Assembly: GCA_965228855.1 (NCBI GenBank)
Contig: CBDDIJ010000002.1
Location: 1,376,001-1,440,000, forward strand
Reading direction: 5' to 3'
Origin: Candidatus Obscuribacterales bacterium
Lineage (GTDB): Bacteria; Cyanobacteriota; Vampirovibrionia; Obscuribacterales; Obscuribacteraceae
DNA: 64,000 nucleotides
In this document: in pieces, positions 28,677 through 38,396 of the stretch
Numbering within the stretch: position 1 is the first letter of the stretch
How the letters are laid out: each line of letters begins with the position of its first letter
Notes under the pieces: model-generated
Told to the model about the DNA's origin: nothing
What the model saw: only the letters and a program-made list of their open reading frames with translations
Database searches by the model: none
Program-made: the position numbers and the translations under genes

Positions 28677-30149
28677 ATGCAACTCCACTACATCAATGGC
28701 AAGTTCACCAGGGGTAGTGCCACTGAAAGTATCGACGTAATCAATCCGGCTACGGAAGATTCGATTGATTCCGTCCCTCGTGGAACTGAGAAAGATGCTC
28801 TTGCCGCTATCGACGCGGCGAAAACCGCTTTCAAATCATGGCGGCGCGTGTCTGCAAATGCGCGCGCAGAGATGATGCATGAAGCCTCCCATAAGATGAA
28901 ACAGCATCGCGATGAGATTGTTCGTCTTTTGACTCTGGAACAGGGAAAGCCGGTCCCGGAAAACGAAGAGGAATTCGAGTGGTTGGTAAATACTTTCGAA
29001 TACTATGCGGAACTGGGGCGGCATGAACGCGGTCGTGTCTTGCCTTCCGGAGAGTACAGTCAGTTGAACATGGTGATTAAGGAACCTTTCGGCGTTGCCG
29101 CCTTGATCGTTCCCTGGAACTATCCGCTTTTGTTACTCGCATGGAAACTGGCTCCCGCCCTTGCTGCCGGCAACACTGTAATTATCAAGCCGAGTGAGCT
29201 GACGCCGCTCTCGACAATCTTGCTAATCGAAAAATGCCTCGACCATTTCCCTGAGGGTGTGATTAACCTGGTGAATGGATTTGGTAAGGAAGTCGCTGAA
29301 CCAATGGTTCTTCACCGTGACGTGCCGGTAATCGCTTTTACAGGAAGCCTCGCAACCGGACAACGGATCGCATCACTGGCTGCTCCGATGATGAAGAAAC
29401 TGCACCTTGAGCTGGGCGGAAAGGATGCTTTCGTCATCGCTGAAGATGCCGATCCGGAGCTGGCTGCAAGAGCGCTGTCCTATGCTGCGCTGACAAATGC
29501 CGGACAAGTTTGCACATCGACGGAGCGCATATATTTACCGAAAAAGCGTTTCTCCGAATTCACTGAAGCGATTGTCGCCTTTGTCAAAGATCTTAGATTG
29601 GGCCCCGGTCTAGAGCCGTCAACCGATATCGGACCGATGGCCGGCGCGATTTATCGCGACAAGGTTGAAGATCACGTCAAGGATGCAGTTGCTGCTGGCG
29701 CTAAAGTTCTAACCGGTGGCAGGAGACCGGAAAAGCTTGATAAAGGCTACTTCTACGAGCCAACTGTCATGACGAATGTAAATCACTCGATGCGAATTAT
29801 GCGAGAAGAAACGTTTGGACCGGCCATGCCGCTTATGGAATACGATAGTTTTGAACAAGCCGTAGACTACGTCAACGACTGTGACTTCGGGCTTGGTGCC
29901 TGCCTTCTGACTCAAGACCCGATGCGCGCGAAGATATTTCTCGAAGAAGTGAAAGCTGGCACGATATGGATAAACGATCCACTCACCGATAATTATGCCG
30001 GCCCGTTTGGCGGCATGAAGCTTAGCGGAGGCGCACGGGAGCTTGGTATCGAGGGACTCGAAGAATTTCGCGAGACAAAACACGTGCATTGGGAATTCAA
30101 TTCGGCACCAAAAACCTGGTGGTATCCGTACGGAAAGAACGGGCAGTAG
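28677..30149 (+). CDS. NAD(P)-dependent aldehyde dehydrogenase
   Basis: PWNYP, KPSELTP, FTGS, LELGGK, NAGQVC, EETFGP, PFGGMKLSG. Confidence 0.94.
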   Translation: MQLHYINGKFTRGSATESIDVINPATEDSIDSVPRGTEKDALAAIDAAKTAFKSWRRVSANARAEMMHEASHKMKQHRDEIVRLLTLEQGKPVPENEEEFEWLVNTFEYYAELGRHERGRVLPSGEYSQLNMVIKEPFGVAALIVPWNYPLLLLAWKLAPALAAGNTVIIKPSELTPLSTILLIEKCLDHFPEGVINLVNGFGKEVAEPMVLHRDVPVIAFTGSLATGQRIASLAAPMMKKLHLELGGKDAFVIAEDADPELAARALSYAALTNAGQVCTSTERIYLPKKRFSEFTEAIVAFVKDLRLGPGLEPSTDIGPMAGAIYRDKVEDHVKDAVAAGAKVLTGGRRPEKLDKGYFYEPTVMTNVNHSMRIMREETFGPAMPLMEYDSFEQAVDYVNDCDFGLGACLLTQDPMRAKIFLEEVKAGTIWINDPLTDNYAGPFGGMKLSGGARELGIEGLEEFRETKHVHWEFNSAPKTWWYPYGKNGQ

Positions 30150-30283
30150 CTTCGTTTTGATCGGGTCTGAAAACGGTGACGGTGTGCGCGTTTCCGGTCG
30201 CGCGAAGTCGCGATTTGTTTTAAACGATTTGCTCTGTTGGATGCCATCCCGCAGCCCGTCAATGTTTTAGCGATTGGTGTCTG

Positions 30284-30312
30284 TTGACAAGTTTGTGCGT
30301 ATCTACTAAGGT
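30284..30312 (+). promoter_or_regulatory. Sigma70-type promoter for the DUF378 gene
   Basis: TTGACA-17 nt-TAAGGT. Confidence 0.5.
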
Positions 30313-30390
30313 GGTAAGTAAGCATGCAAATCAGCTCCAGGTGCGGAACCTGGCAGTTCTTGCGGATTTGATGCTCAGGTGATCGAATAT

Positions 30391-30597
30391 ATGAAAAACA
30401 TCGAAGTCCTCTTTACGATTTTATTGATCGTTGGTGGTATCAACTGGGGTCTTGTAGGTGCATTCAACTATAACCTGGTGACCAGCCTGCTTGGAGATGG
30501 CACCATGTCGCGAGTTGTTTATGGATTAGTAGGAATAGGCGCGCTCTATCAAGTTATGCATTATCTGAGAGCACGAATGTCCGCTAAAACAACCTAG
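30391..30597 (+). CDS. DUF378 small membrane protein
   Basis: LLIVGGINWGLVGAFNYNLV...RVVYGLVG. Confidence 0.88.
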   Translation: MKNIEVLFTILLIVGGINWGLVGAFNYNLVTSLLGDGTMSRVVYGLVGIGALYQVMHYLRARMSAKTT

Positions 30598-30691
30598 GTA
30601 AAAACCCGCTTCAATTGCCATTCTTATCGGCAACTACTTTGTCGCGTTCAAACTGTGGAACGCCGGTCGATTTAAAACGGCTGCGATTGCA

Positions 30692-32950
30692 CTACTTGAT
30701 AGCGGGAATGTGAGAGCCCGGCTGGATGGTTTCGTTAAACGCGTTTTTGTCGCGTATCTGGAATACCGCGGCGCTGCGGGCTTCCATGTGGAATTCCTCT
30801 TCCATATTCCACAGGGTTTTCTTGATATTACCCGTAGTGTCAATCAGCATCTCCCAGACCAGATCGGTTTGGTGGGCGGCAAACGTATTCCAGTAATGTT
30901 CCACTTGATAGAGAGGCAGGCGGAACGGCACATCTTCCCAGTATGAATTGAGCAGAAAGATTAACGTGTTCGATTCAATCGGGTTGCCCTCATCGTCTAA
31001 TTCGTCGACGCAGGCGCCGTCAAAGAGCGCCGCGAACGTGTTGCACCCACCGAAGCTCCAGTCCGCTTCGGTCATTTCGGTGCCGTTTGGAGATATCCAC
31101 ATAATCGCTTTACGTGTCAGATCTCCTCTCTGTGAGCGGGTCACTGAGAACTTTCTCTTTTGCAGAATCGGATTGTTTTTTCTTATCGAAATCAACTTTT
31201 TCGTGAATTTCAAAAACTCTTCGTCTTCATCTGAGAAGTCCCAATTGCACCAGCTGATTTCGTTATCCTGGCAGTAGGCATTGTTGTTGCCGCCCTGGGT
31301 GCGACCAAATTCGTCGCCGCCGCAAAGCATCGGAATACCCCAGGAAAGCATCAAGGTCGTAAGCAAGTTCTTGCGCTGTTTCACGCGAAGCGCTTTGATA
31401 TCGGGATCGTCGGTTGGACCTTCGGCGCCGCAATTCCAGCTTTCGTTGTTGTTGTCGCCGTCGTTATTGTTGTCGCCGTTGGCTTCGTTGTGTTTATCGT
31501 TATAACTGACGAGGTCCTTAAGAGTGAAGCCATCGTGAGCGGTGATGAAATTGATACTTGCGCACGGGCTTCTGCCGCTGGATTGATAAAGGTCGCTGCT
31601 TCCTGCTATGCGTGTTGCAAACTCGCCTGCCTTGCCTTGATCGCCTCGCCAGAACGAGCGCACATTGTCGCGATACTTTCCATTCCACTCGCCCCAGAGT
31701 ACAGGAAAGTTTCCGACCTGATAGCCGCCCTGACCGATGTCCCATGGCTCGGCAATTAGTTTTACCTGCGAGATAATCGGATCCTGTTGAATGACGTCAA
31801 AGAAGGCGGAGAGCTTGTCTACGTCAAACAATTCTCGCGCCAGCGCGCTAGCCAGATCGAATCTGAAACCGTCAACATGCATTTCGACTACCCAGTACCG
31901 CAGGCTGTCCATCAGCAATTGCAGAACTCTCGGATGCATCATATTGAGGGTATTGCCGCAGCCGGTGTAGTCCATATAGTATCGGGCGTCTTTCGGTGTG
32001 GTTCGATAGTATGAGAAGTTGTCGACGCCTTTGAACGCCAGTGTCGGTCCGAGGTGATTGCCTTCTGCCGTGTGGTTGTAGACCACATCTAGAATTACCT
32101 CGATGCCCGCTCGATGGAGCGCGCGGACCATCGATTTGAATTCTTTGACCGCCTCGGTCACATCTTCCGAGCGCGAATAGCTCAGGTCCGGAGCGAAGTA
32201 GCTTAGAGTGTTATAGCCCCAGTAGTTTTTAAGTCCGCGCTCGATGAGGAAACCATCGTTGACGTGATAATGAACGGGTAGAAGCTCGATCGCTGTTACT
32301 CCCAGCCGCTTCAAATGCCGAATCATCGTATCGGTGCACAGGCCAAGATACGTGCCTCGCAGGGGTTCAGGAACGGCGTCGTTAAGCTGTGTTAGACCCT
32401 TCACGTGTGCTTCGTAGATAACCGTTTTATGCCATGGCGTTTTCGGTGCTTTGTCCCCGCCCCAGTTGAACGCTTCGTCGATGACCGCGCATAGTGGCGC
32501 ATATGGTGCGCTGTCTCGAGTATCGAAACTCAGATCTTGTTTGGGGCTGCCGATGGCATAGCCGAACAGGCTGTCGTCCCACTTCAGATCCCGTGCCACG
32601 CATTTTGCATAAGGATCGACCAGCAGTTTGTTGGGGTTGAACCGCATTCCCTTCTTCGGTTCATAAGGTCCATATACTCGGTAGCCGTAAAGCTGTCCGG
32701 GTTGCAGACCCTTGATGTATCCGTGAAAAATCTGGTGAGTGTATTCCGGAAGTTCGATCCTCATCGATTCTATTTGCGCATCGATTGAATCGAATAAGCA
32801 CAATTCGACTTTGGTGGCGTTCTCCGAAAAAATAGCGAAGTTGACGCCGTTTCCGTCCCAGGTTGCGCCGAGCGGATAAGGTGCACCCTGAAGAACTTTC
32901 AAGTTTCTCTCGGTCAGAGGATCTGTAGTTTGTGTTTCGATTTGGCTCAT
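30692..32950 (-). CDS. glgX: Glycogen debranching enzyme GlgX/TreX (GH13)
   Basis: PYPLGATWDG, NYWGYNT, DVVYNHTAEG, DGFRFDLA, AEPWD, NFITAHDGFTL. Confidence 0.95.
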   Translation of the reverse strand: MSQIETQTTDPLTERNLKVLQGAPYPLGATWDGNGVNFAIFSENATKVELCLFDSIDAQIESMRIELPEYTHQIFHGYIKGLQPGQLYGYRVYGPYEPKKGMRFNPNKLLVDPYAKCVARDLKWDDSLFGYAIGSPKQDLSFDTRDSAPYAPLCAVIDEAFNWGGDKAPKTPWHKTVIYEAHVKGLTQLNDAVPEPLRGTYLGLCTDTMIRHLKRLGVTAIELLPVHYHVNDGFLIERGLKNYWGYNTLSYFAPDLSYSRSEDVTEAVKEFKSMVRALHRAGIEVILDVVYNHTAEGNHLGPTLAFKGVDNFSYYRTTPKDARYYMDYTGCGNTLNMMHPRVLQLLMDSLRYWVVEMHVDGFRFDLASALARELFDVDKLSAFFDVIQQDPIISQVKLIAEPWDIGQGGYQVGNFPVLWGEWNGKYRDNVRSFWRGDQGKAGEFATRIAGSSDLYQSSGRSPCASINFITAHDGFTLKDLVSYNDKHNEANGDNNNDGDNNNESWNCGAEGPTDDPDIKALRVKQRKNLLTTLMLSWGIPMLCGGDEFGRTQGGNNNAYCQDNEISWCNWDFSDEDEEFLKFTKKLISIRKNNPILQKRKFSVTRSQRGDLTRKAIMWISPNGTEMTEADWSFGGCNTFAALFDGACVDELDDEGNPIESNTLIFLLNSYWEDVPFRLPLYQVEHYWNTFAAHQTDLVWEMLIDTTGNIKKTLWNMEEEFHMEARSAAVFQIRDKNAFNETIQPGSHIPAIK

Positions 32951-32980
32951 TTGATTTTCCGTATTGGGCTCTGTCGTTCA

Positions 32981-35900
32981 CTACTTCGCGGTAAGAAGGG
33001 CAACGGGGAAGCGTTCCAGAATCTGGGTTATGCGAGCTCGGCGCTCTCCGAACTCCATTGTCTGTCCAGTGAAAATATCAGTGTAAGTTCTTCGTTGAAA
33101 CTCTCTCGGTAGATTCAGCTTCGTTGATTGCCAGAGCGAAGTATCTTCCGGACCGGAGTAGAGTGCTCGCTGATCCGGCGATATCAGCTTTGACACTAAT
33201 ACTGGTGCCACTATTAGTAGTGACTTGCCCTGATATTCGCGCAGGTACGCGATAAAGTGGTCGCTACCTTCGCCGGAAACACCGACCGGGATGTATTTCC
33301 CGGCAGTGAACAGGCGCGGGTTGAGTTTGCGTTGTTGCAAAATTGCAGCCGTCACGAACAGTTTCAACCTGCCGTCCTTATAGTTTTTCAACATATCTTT
33401 AAGCAGTGCTTTGAACTCATCTTGCGATTTGTTCGTGTCTGGTTTGACGAACGGAAGTAGATTCGTTAGCAGTTTGTCGCGCTCGTCGAAGTCGACCGGT
33501 CTTCGATTATCCGGATCGACGAGGCTGAAGTCGAAGAGTTCGTTGCCCTGGTAGAAGTCGGGAACGCCAGGACATGTGAGTTTGAACAGTGTCTGGCTGA
33601 GTGACTTGATTAATCCCATGCGCGATACGTGTTGATGGAACTCCAGAAAATCGATGAAGAATGGGTCGCTGCCTCCTTCCGCGTTAGAAGGTTTTAGCAA
33701 TGCGTTGATGAAGCTCTTCATTCCATCTTCGTAATTTGCATCCTGATTGATCCAGCTCGTGTGGTCCTTCGCTTCACGAGCGGCTTTGAGCATATAGCCT
33801 TCGATACGCTGCGCAAAGTCTGCGAGATCTTCCTGTTTTTCAACCGTAAGAGGATACGTTCCGACAAGTGTTTGATAAAGCAGATACTCGTCATTGTTAG
33901 ACGGGATTCGTTTATCCAAGTTGTACGTATAGCGCCCGCTGTTGTAATCCATCCAGCGAAGAACGCGCTCCTGCCAGTTGTCCGGAATTTCAGAAAGCAC
34001 GCTCAGCCGTGCCCGCACGTCTTCTGAACGCTTCGTATCGTGTGTTGAAGTGGCTAGCATGCTATACGGATACGTTTTCTGGCGGGCTTCGTTGTGTGAG
34101 TGGAAATCCGCAATCGATAGACCGAAGTGATTTGGTTCGCCGCCCACTTCGTTTAAACCGACGAAGCGGTTGTACTTATAGAACAAAGTGTCTTCAAGGC
34201 TCTTGGCCATCACTGGTCCGGTAAACTGCTGAAACTTCATGGCGAAGTTAAGCACGTCTTGTTGGAATTTCTCCTGACCCGGGTAGTCTTCCATTTCATC
34301 CGCGAGTCGTAAAGTTAGAACGTTTTGAATGAAGTCGAATATGCCTGGGTGCACAGTGCGATTGTTGCGCTTTGCGAGTCGAACCGCTCGCACGACATAA
34401 TCGCGGGCAACATTGCTGACGGTGCCCTCTTTTACGTATGTTCGGTAAACCGGGAAGAATGCCACCACTTCCGAGAGCGCGTGACGCAACGAATTTAAAG
34501 TGAAGTCTCTGTACATCCAATTGGATTCGGCAATCTGGCTCAGGTGATGCGCCAGCATATTCAGTTCTGATGCAAGTGAGGTCTGCATGATCAGGTGTTT
34601 GCAACGGTAGGCCAGCTCTCTGTATGAGTCTGTTTCATTGCTGACCATGGCATAGAAGTCCGAGAAAATGCGGGCGTTCTTCTCATCTATGAGCACACCG
34701 TTGGCGGCGGTCATAAAGTCGTAGCCGGTTGTTCCATGGATAACCCAGTCCTCTTCCATTCGCTCGAAGGGAGCAAGAATTTTCTCTCCAAGAAGATAGA
34801 TCGGATAATCTTCCTGGCGCTGGAATCTCTTTTGTCCCGGCAAGAAGTTTTCACTCTCCGGATTCAGCCTGGTCAGTGCTTCTTCCTGAAGTTTCATAAA
34901 ATAACCGGCTGGATCATAGAGTCCGTCCGGATGATCGATTCGTAAACCTTGAACGATTCCGTCCTTAATTAGCTTGAAGACTAGCGCGTGCATATCAGTG
35001 AAGGCGCGCGGATCTTCCACGCGAACGCCGGCAAGTTCATTGATGTCGAAGAATCTTCGATAGTTGATTTCGTGCGCGGCGACGCGCCAGAATGCCAGTC
35101 GATATGATTGCTGTTCAAGCAGCTCGTGGAGCCGTCTGCATGAAGCGCGGTCATCTTCTGTGCAATCAAACTCTTTTAGATTTTGTTGAATAAACTCATG
35201 TATGTGTTCGTTTTGTCCGCAGAGTTCCGCCAGACGATCGATGGAAACTTTCATCTCGCGCAGCCTTCGAGACTTATCTTCCTGGGAAAGATTCATGCCA
35301 TCCGGCAAAGAACTGAGAGCGTCCACGATGCTCAGGTATCGCATGACGTGCATGTTGTTATTGCCGAGCCGGTCGTTGAGAACGTCCAGTCTGAGTCCCA
35401 TGATCAGAGCGTAGGAGCGCGGATTAACCGGGAATTCATTCTCGTAATAGTGAATTTTGAATTTCCCGGTCGACTTGTCGAACTTGATTTTCAGTTCACC
35501 GTTCGTGAGTATCTTCCCGTAAGGTTCTCCGAGAATCGGCAAAAGCACTTTGCCTACCAGCTCGTCCTTTACGGGGCTCCAGTCGATATCGAAATATTCA
35601 CCATACTCGGATGCCGGACCGTGCTCAAGCACATCCATCCACCAGGGATTGTGTTTGCCTATTCCCATGTGATTGGGCACCAGATCCATGATGATACCCA
35701 TGTCGCGCTTTCTAAGGTCAGCGCTCAAATTCTCCAGATCTTCGAGTGTTCCAAGTTCCGGGTTGACCGTGCTGTGACTGATTACATCGTAACCATGCAT
35801 GCTTCCGGGGCGGGATTGCGAAATTGGGGATAAGTAGTAGTGACTGATGCCGAGCTTGTCGAGGTAGTTAACAAGTTTGTGTGCATCTACGAATTTGAAG

Positions 35901-38227
35901 TTCTTATGCAATTGCAGCCTGTATGTTGCAAGCGGAATCGTAACTTGCTTGTTTGGCAAATCTTCCTGATTGTAGGAGACATCCACAAGATCGAAGAAAC
36001 ATCCTCGCTCGGTCTGCAACTGGTCGATCACAAGTTGGGTCGTCTCTGCTTCAATCATCTCCTCGAAAGACGGAGCTGTTTTTACCTTCCACTGCGGGTA
36101 ACTTGGATCTTCCAGAACTATCAGTGGTCGGTCAATTTTGCCGAGATCTTCGAGCCTGAACAAAAGTAACGAAGCTGTTGACTTAGCCATAAGCGATATC
36201 AGGGCAGACACCATATGCGGTGTCAAAACCGGCACTGACGATGGATCGGTCGTAACGCCCTCCGGCAGAAGATTTTTTTCGTCTAGAAGGCGCAGCACTT
36301 CAACGCGGTGGCTAACCCGCCGGTCAACGAGTTGATTGCGTTTGTCCTTTTCGTCGACGGGCAGAGTTTCCGCTCTGGCAGCTATGTCCGTCCCATGCCA
36401 GAACGCTGCTAGCGGTGACAGGTCCGCGGGGGCCAGTTCCAAAAGCCGCTTCTCGGTAGTTTCCGACTTCATGAGGCTGGACAGTTCATTTGGAGCGGTC
36501 GACAGTAAGTCGTGGCGCGCGATGATGTTCCATTTTTCCAGAAGCTGGTGTATCTGAGAACCTGATGCCGAACGAGAATCCAACTCTACAAGTAGCTCTG
36601 CATCAAGTACTACCATTGTTGAAGTTCGATGACTTTCCAGAGCGATAACCGATAGAATTTCTTCAACCGGCAGCTCAAGCTGCGCGACAGAAGAGATGTC
36701 ATCCGGGTCTACGCTAACGAGCGGCGCCAGCCAGTGATAAGCATTTGCGAGTTTGATCGCACCGGCATAACGCATATTGAACTGCAGCATCTCTGCAAGT
36801 GGACGATAGCCGGCGCGACGCATTTCTTCCATTCTGAATGGAGGGCTGGCCGTGACCAGACCGTCCGGCAGATAAGGGCGGGGCGGCTCCATCAAGAAAA
36901 GCGTTTCCGCCAGACATTTTTGGTTTTGCCAGCCTTCCGCTCCATGGGGTGATACCAGTGGTGATACTTCGGTGAGCAGTCCTACCGGAAGGCGAGAGTT
37001 CATGCAGGCGTGTCCGACCGCTTCAAGCTGAATTTCGGCCTGCCATTGCAGATACTCGAAGAATTCTATGCGTTCGTTGTTTGACGAAGCAAACTCTTTG
37101 ACTGCTTCCGATTCCGGATCTCTATATTTGTCAGGCCAGGCAAGCCAGGACTCGTAGTGATTTCCGTCTTTAGCCAGTTTTTCTGCCAACGCCTGGTGGG
37201 TGGCGAAGTAGCGAAGTGGTTTGCCTCGCTCGTGTTGGAATGCGCGAAACGCCTGGGCTCGTGGTGTTTGTTTACTTAAATGACGTAAGCGAAACTGTTG
37301 ATAGAGCCGATCGAGTATATGCAGTTTTTCTGCAAAAATCTGTTTCAAATCGGCGACTTCATCGTTTCTAAGTGACTCGATGCGCTCCTGAAACTCCGGA
37401 GATTGCACCATCCGTCGAGTGTCTTCTGACTCATGAAAATCGTCGGTGGCTTCGACATCTATGTAGATTATGTTCAAAAAACTGCGATCGGATGGCAGAC
37501 GTCGGGTGAATAAATTGCTGCCCGTCGGGTCCTGACCATGTAACGGACTCACTCCTACTACACCCGCGCCCTGAGCGGCGCAGAATGCGACGATCGCCTT
37601 CAAGTCTGTGAAATCACCGGTACCCCAGTTTCTTTTACTCGTGAAGCCGGTTAGATTCACCACCGGTCCCCAGAATCTCGCTCCACTATTGAAAGTAGCC
37701 GGCATGAAACATTTGTCCGGAGCAACTATGACCGGGAACTCGGACTTGAGCTTTACTGTTTTCGGATCCTTTTCACTAGTCAGCCCAACGACTAGTTTGT
37801 AATATCCGATGTGAGTGTTTTCCGGAAGATGAATTCTCAGTTTTGTCTCGGTCAGATCTGCACTGCCGGTGATACCACTACGGATGTCTCCCCATTCGGC
37901 GATGAGTGACCAATGCAGGAAAACACTCTCGCTCTTCGATTCGAATGGCATGTCAATTTCAAGTCGAGCAAGTTCCTTCTCGAGCGAGCGCTTGAGAACT
38001 GCTACGTGGGGGACGTACAGCGCAAGTGTTTTGTCTGCGGTTTCTAGCCTGGTGAAACCGGGGTGGTCGGCGGACTCGGTCTCGCCAAGTGGAGCTAACG
38101 CAGCAGAGATTTTGGCAAGAGCGTCTTCGGAAGCTCTATGCAAACGTCCGTCTGCATCTTTCCAGGTGGGTTTGACGCCGTTTTTCTGAGCCACAGGATG
38201 AACCGATGGTCCCGCATTGGTTTTCAT
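32981..38227 (-). CDS. treY: Fusion: degenerate 4-alpha-glucanotransferase (MalQ, GH77) plus malto-oligosyltrehalose synthase (TreY)
   Basis: N-part WGTGDFTDL, YLQWQAEIQL, NMRYAGA, ALESHR; C-part ATYRLQ, GSMHGYDV, DLVPNHM, GLRIDHPDGL, GEKIL, ATSTHDTKRSED. Confidence 0.9.
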   Translation of the reverse strand: MKTNAGPSVHPVAQKNGVKPTWKDADGRLHRASEDALAKISAALAPLGETESADHPGFTRLETADKTLALYVPHVAVLKRSLEKELARLEIDMPFESKSESVFLHWSLIAEWGDIRSGITGSADLTETKLRIHLPENTHIGYYKLVVGLTSEKDPKTVKLKSEFPVIVAPDKCFMPATFNSGARFWGPVVNLTGFTSKRNWGTGDFTDLKAIVAFCAAQGAGVVGVSPLHGQDPTGSNLFTRRLPSDRSFLNIIYIDVEATDDFHESEDTRRMVQSPEFQERIESLRNDEVADLKQIFAEKLHILDRLYQQFRLRHLSKQTPRAQAFRAFQHERGKPLRYFATHQALAEKLAKDGNHYESWLAWPDKYRDPESEAVKEFASSNNERIEFFEYLQWQAEIQLEAVGHACMNSRLPVGLLTEVSPLVSPHGAEGWQNQKCLAETLFLMEPPRPYLPDGLVTASPPFRMEEMRRAGYRPLAEMLQFNMRYAGAIKLANAYHWLAPLVSVDPDDISSVAQLELPVEEILSVIALESHRTSTMVVLDAELLVELDSRSASGSQIHQLLEKWNIIARHDLLSTAPNELSSLMKSETTEKRLLELAPADLSPLAAFWHGTDIAARAETLPVDEKDKRNQLVDRRVSHRVEVLRLLDEKNLLPEGVTTDPSSVPVLTPHMVSALISLMAKSTASLLLFRLEDLGKIDRPLIVLEDPSYPQWKVKTAPSFEEMIEAETTQLVIDQLQTERGCFFDLVDVSYNQEDLPNKQVTIPLATYRLQLHKNFKFVDAHKLVNYLDKLGISHYYLSPISQSRPGSMHGYDVISHSTVNPELGTLEDLENLSADLRKRDMGIIMDLVPNHMGIGKHNPWWMDVLEHGPASEYGEYFDIDWSPVKDELVGKVLLPILGEPYGKILTNGELKIKFDKSTGKFKIHYYENEFPVNPRSYALIMGLRLDVLNDRLGNNNMHVMRYLSIVDALSSLPDGMNLSQEDKSRRLREMKVSIDRLAELCGQNEHIHEFIQQNLKEFDCTEDDRASCRRLHELLEQQSYRLAFWRVAAHEINYRRFFDINELAGVRVEDPRAFTDMHALVFKLIKDGIVQGLRIDHPDGLYDPAGYFMKLQEEALTRLNPESENFLPGQKRFQRQEDYPIYLLGEKILAPFERMEEDWVIHGTTGYDFMTAANGVLIDEKNARIFSDFYAMVSNETDSYRELAYRCKHLIMQTSLASELNMLAHHLSQIAESNWMYRDFTLNSLRHALSEVVAFFPVYRTYVKEGTVSNVARDYVVRAVRLAKRNNRTVHPGIFDFIQNVLTLRLADEMEDYPGQEKFQQDVLNFAMKFQQFTGPVMAKSLEDTLFYKYNRFVGLNEVGGEPNHFGLSIADFHSHNEARQKTYPYSMLATSTHDTKRSEDVRARLSVLSEIPDNWQERVLRWMDYNSGRYTYNLDKRIPSNNDEYLLYQTLVGTYPLTVEKQEDLADFAQRIEGYMLKAAREAKDHTSWINQDANYEDGMKSFINALLKPSNAEGGSDPFFIDFLEFHQHVSRMGLIKSLSQTLFKLTCPGVPDFYQGNELFDFSLVDPDNRRPVDFDERDKLLTNLLPFVKPDTNKSQDEFKALLKDMLKNYKDGRLKLFVTAAILQQRKLNPRLFTAGKYIPVGVSGEGSDHFIAYLREYQGKSLLIVAPVLVSKLISPDQRALYSGPEDTSLWQSTKLNLPREFQRRTYTDIFTGQTMEFGERRARITQILERFPVALLTAK

Positions 38228-38396
38228 GGGAAGCCTTTCCTTGCGATCTGCCGATATATGGAAGTTTGCTAATTATACCCGCTTGTATATGCTGTTTCGG
38301 GCACGCGTATGCGTTTAGCACATGGCGCGTCAGGCGATGAAAGTCGGGTGAAACAGTTACTTACGCAGTGGTAAGCAGTGAACCTCCGGTGAATCG

